Source: Sulfurovum sp. (GTDB lineage: Bacteria; Campylobacterota; Campylobacteria; Campylobacterales; Sulfurovaceae). Taken from it: DNA of 61,492 bases. Positions 61,223 through 61,492 of this stretch are shown here, in pieces. The notes under the pieces are model-generated. The model made no database searches. It was not told the DNA's origin and saw nothing but the letters and a program-made list of their open reading frames with translations. The first letter of the stretch is position 1, and each line of letters starts with the position of its first letter. The stretch covers positions 1 through 61,492 of the forward strand of contig JALWHT010000054.1 of the NCBI GenBank assembly GCA_026983515.1, read 5' to 3'. The position numbers were made by a program, and so were the translations under genes.

Positions 61223-61492
61223 TGCCAGAGTGATTGTTGGCGAAACGGTACTTGACAATATGACTATTCTCTTTGACAACACCATACGGGCAGTTGACTT
61301 AAATGTCAACACGGAGGGGTGCGAGATTGTCGATGCCAAAGGGGCGTATGTTTCGGCAGGCTTTCTTGATATTCATATTCACGGCAGCGGTGGTGCGGAT
61401 GTGATGGATGCCACGCCAGAAGCACTTGAGACGATCTCCAGGACACTGATAGAAACAGGTACCACCTCCTTTCTTGCTACAACGATGACGAT
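61206..61492 (+). CDS. nagA: N-acetylglucosamine-6-phosphate deacetylase (5' part; runs off the window)
   Basis: GFLDIHIHGSGGAD, GTTSFLATTMT; apparent ATC start after GGAGGT. Confidence 0.88.
   Translation, partial: MKALINARVIVGETVLDNMTILFDNTIRAVDLNVNTEGCEIVDAKGAYVSAGFLDIHIHGSGGADVMDATPEALETISRTLIETGTTSFLATTMT

Overview
Chromosomal window from a Campylobacterota (epsilonproteobacterial) bacterium; gene order and protein sequences suggest a Sulfurovum-like lineage (inference, no search run). Bases 1-6637 hold the right part of an AT-rich integrative element inserted at tRNA-Ser(UGA). It carries an IS256, a phage-type replication initiator with four palindromic iterons, a stand-alone trbJ-eex-trbL cassette, xis and a tyrosine integrase. 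Core genome follows: a tRNA cluster, ilvD, a LysM-NlpC/P60 gene behind a c-di-GMP-I riboswitch, SRP RNA, the S10-spc-alpha ribosomal cluster, murE, a hemerythrin operon, panD, a phosphate cluster (porin, pit, pstSCAB, phoU, phoX, two orphan PhoB-like regulators, four spaced pho boxes) and recQ. Next is a decayed RAYT with GTAG REPs, two of which bracket a Septu-like ATPase+HNH defence cassette. The window ends with rnhB, aroC-rnc-rnhA, dnaG, tRNAs, nfo, fadL-fadD and the start of nagA. The two most interesting candidates are the REP-bracketed defence cassette and the satellite-like integrative element. All calls come from reading motifs by eye.
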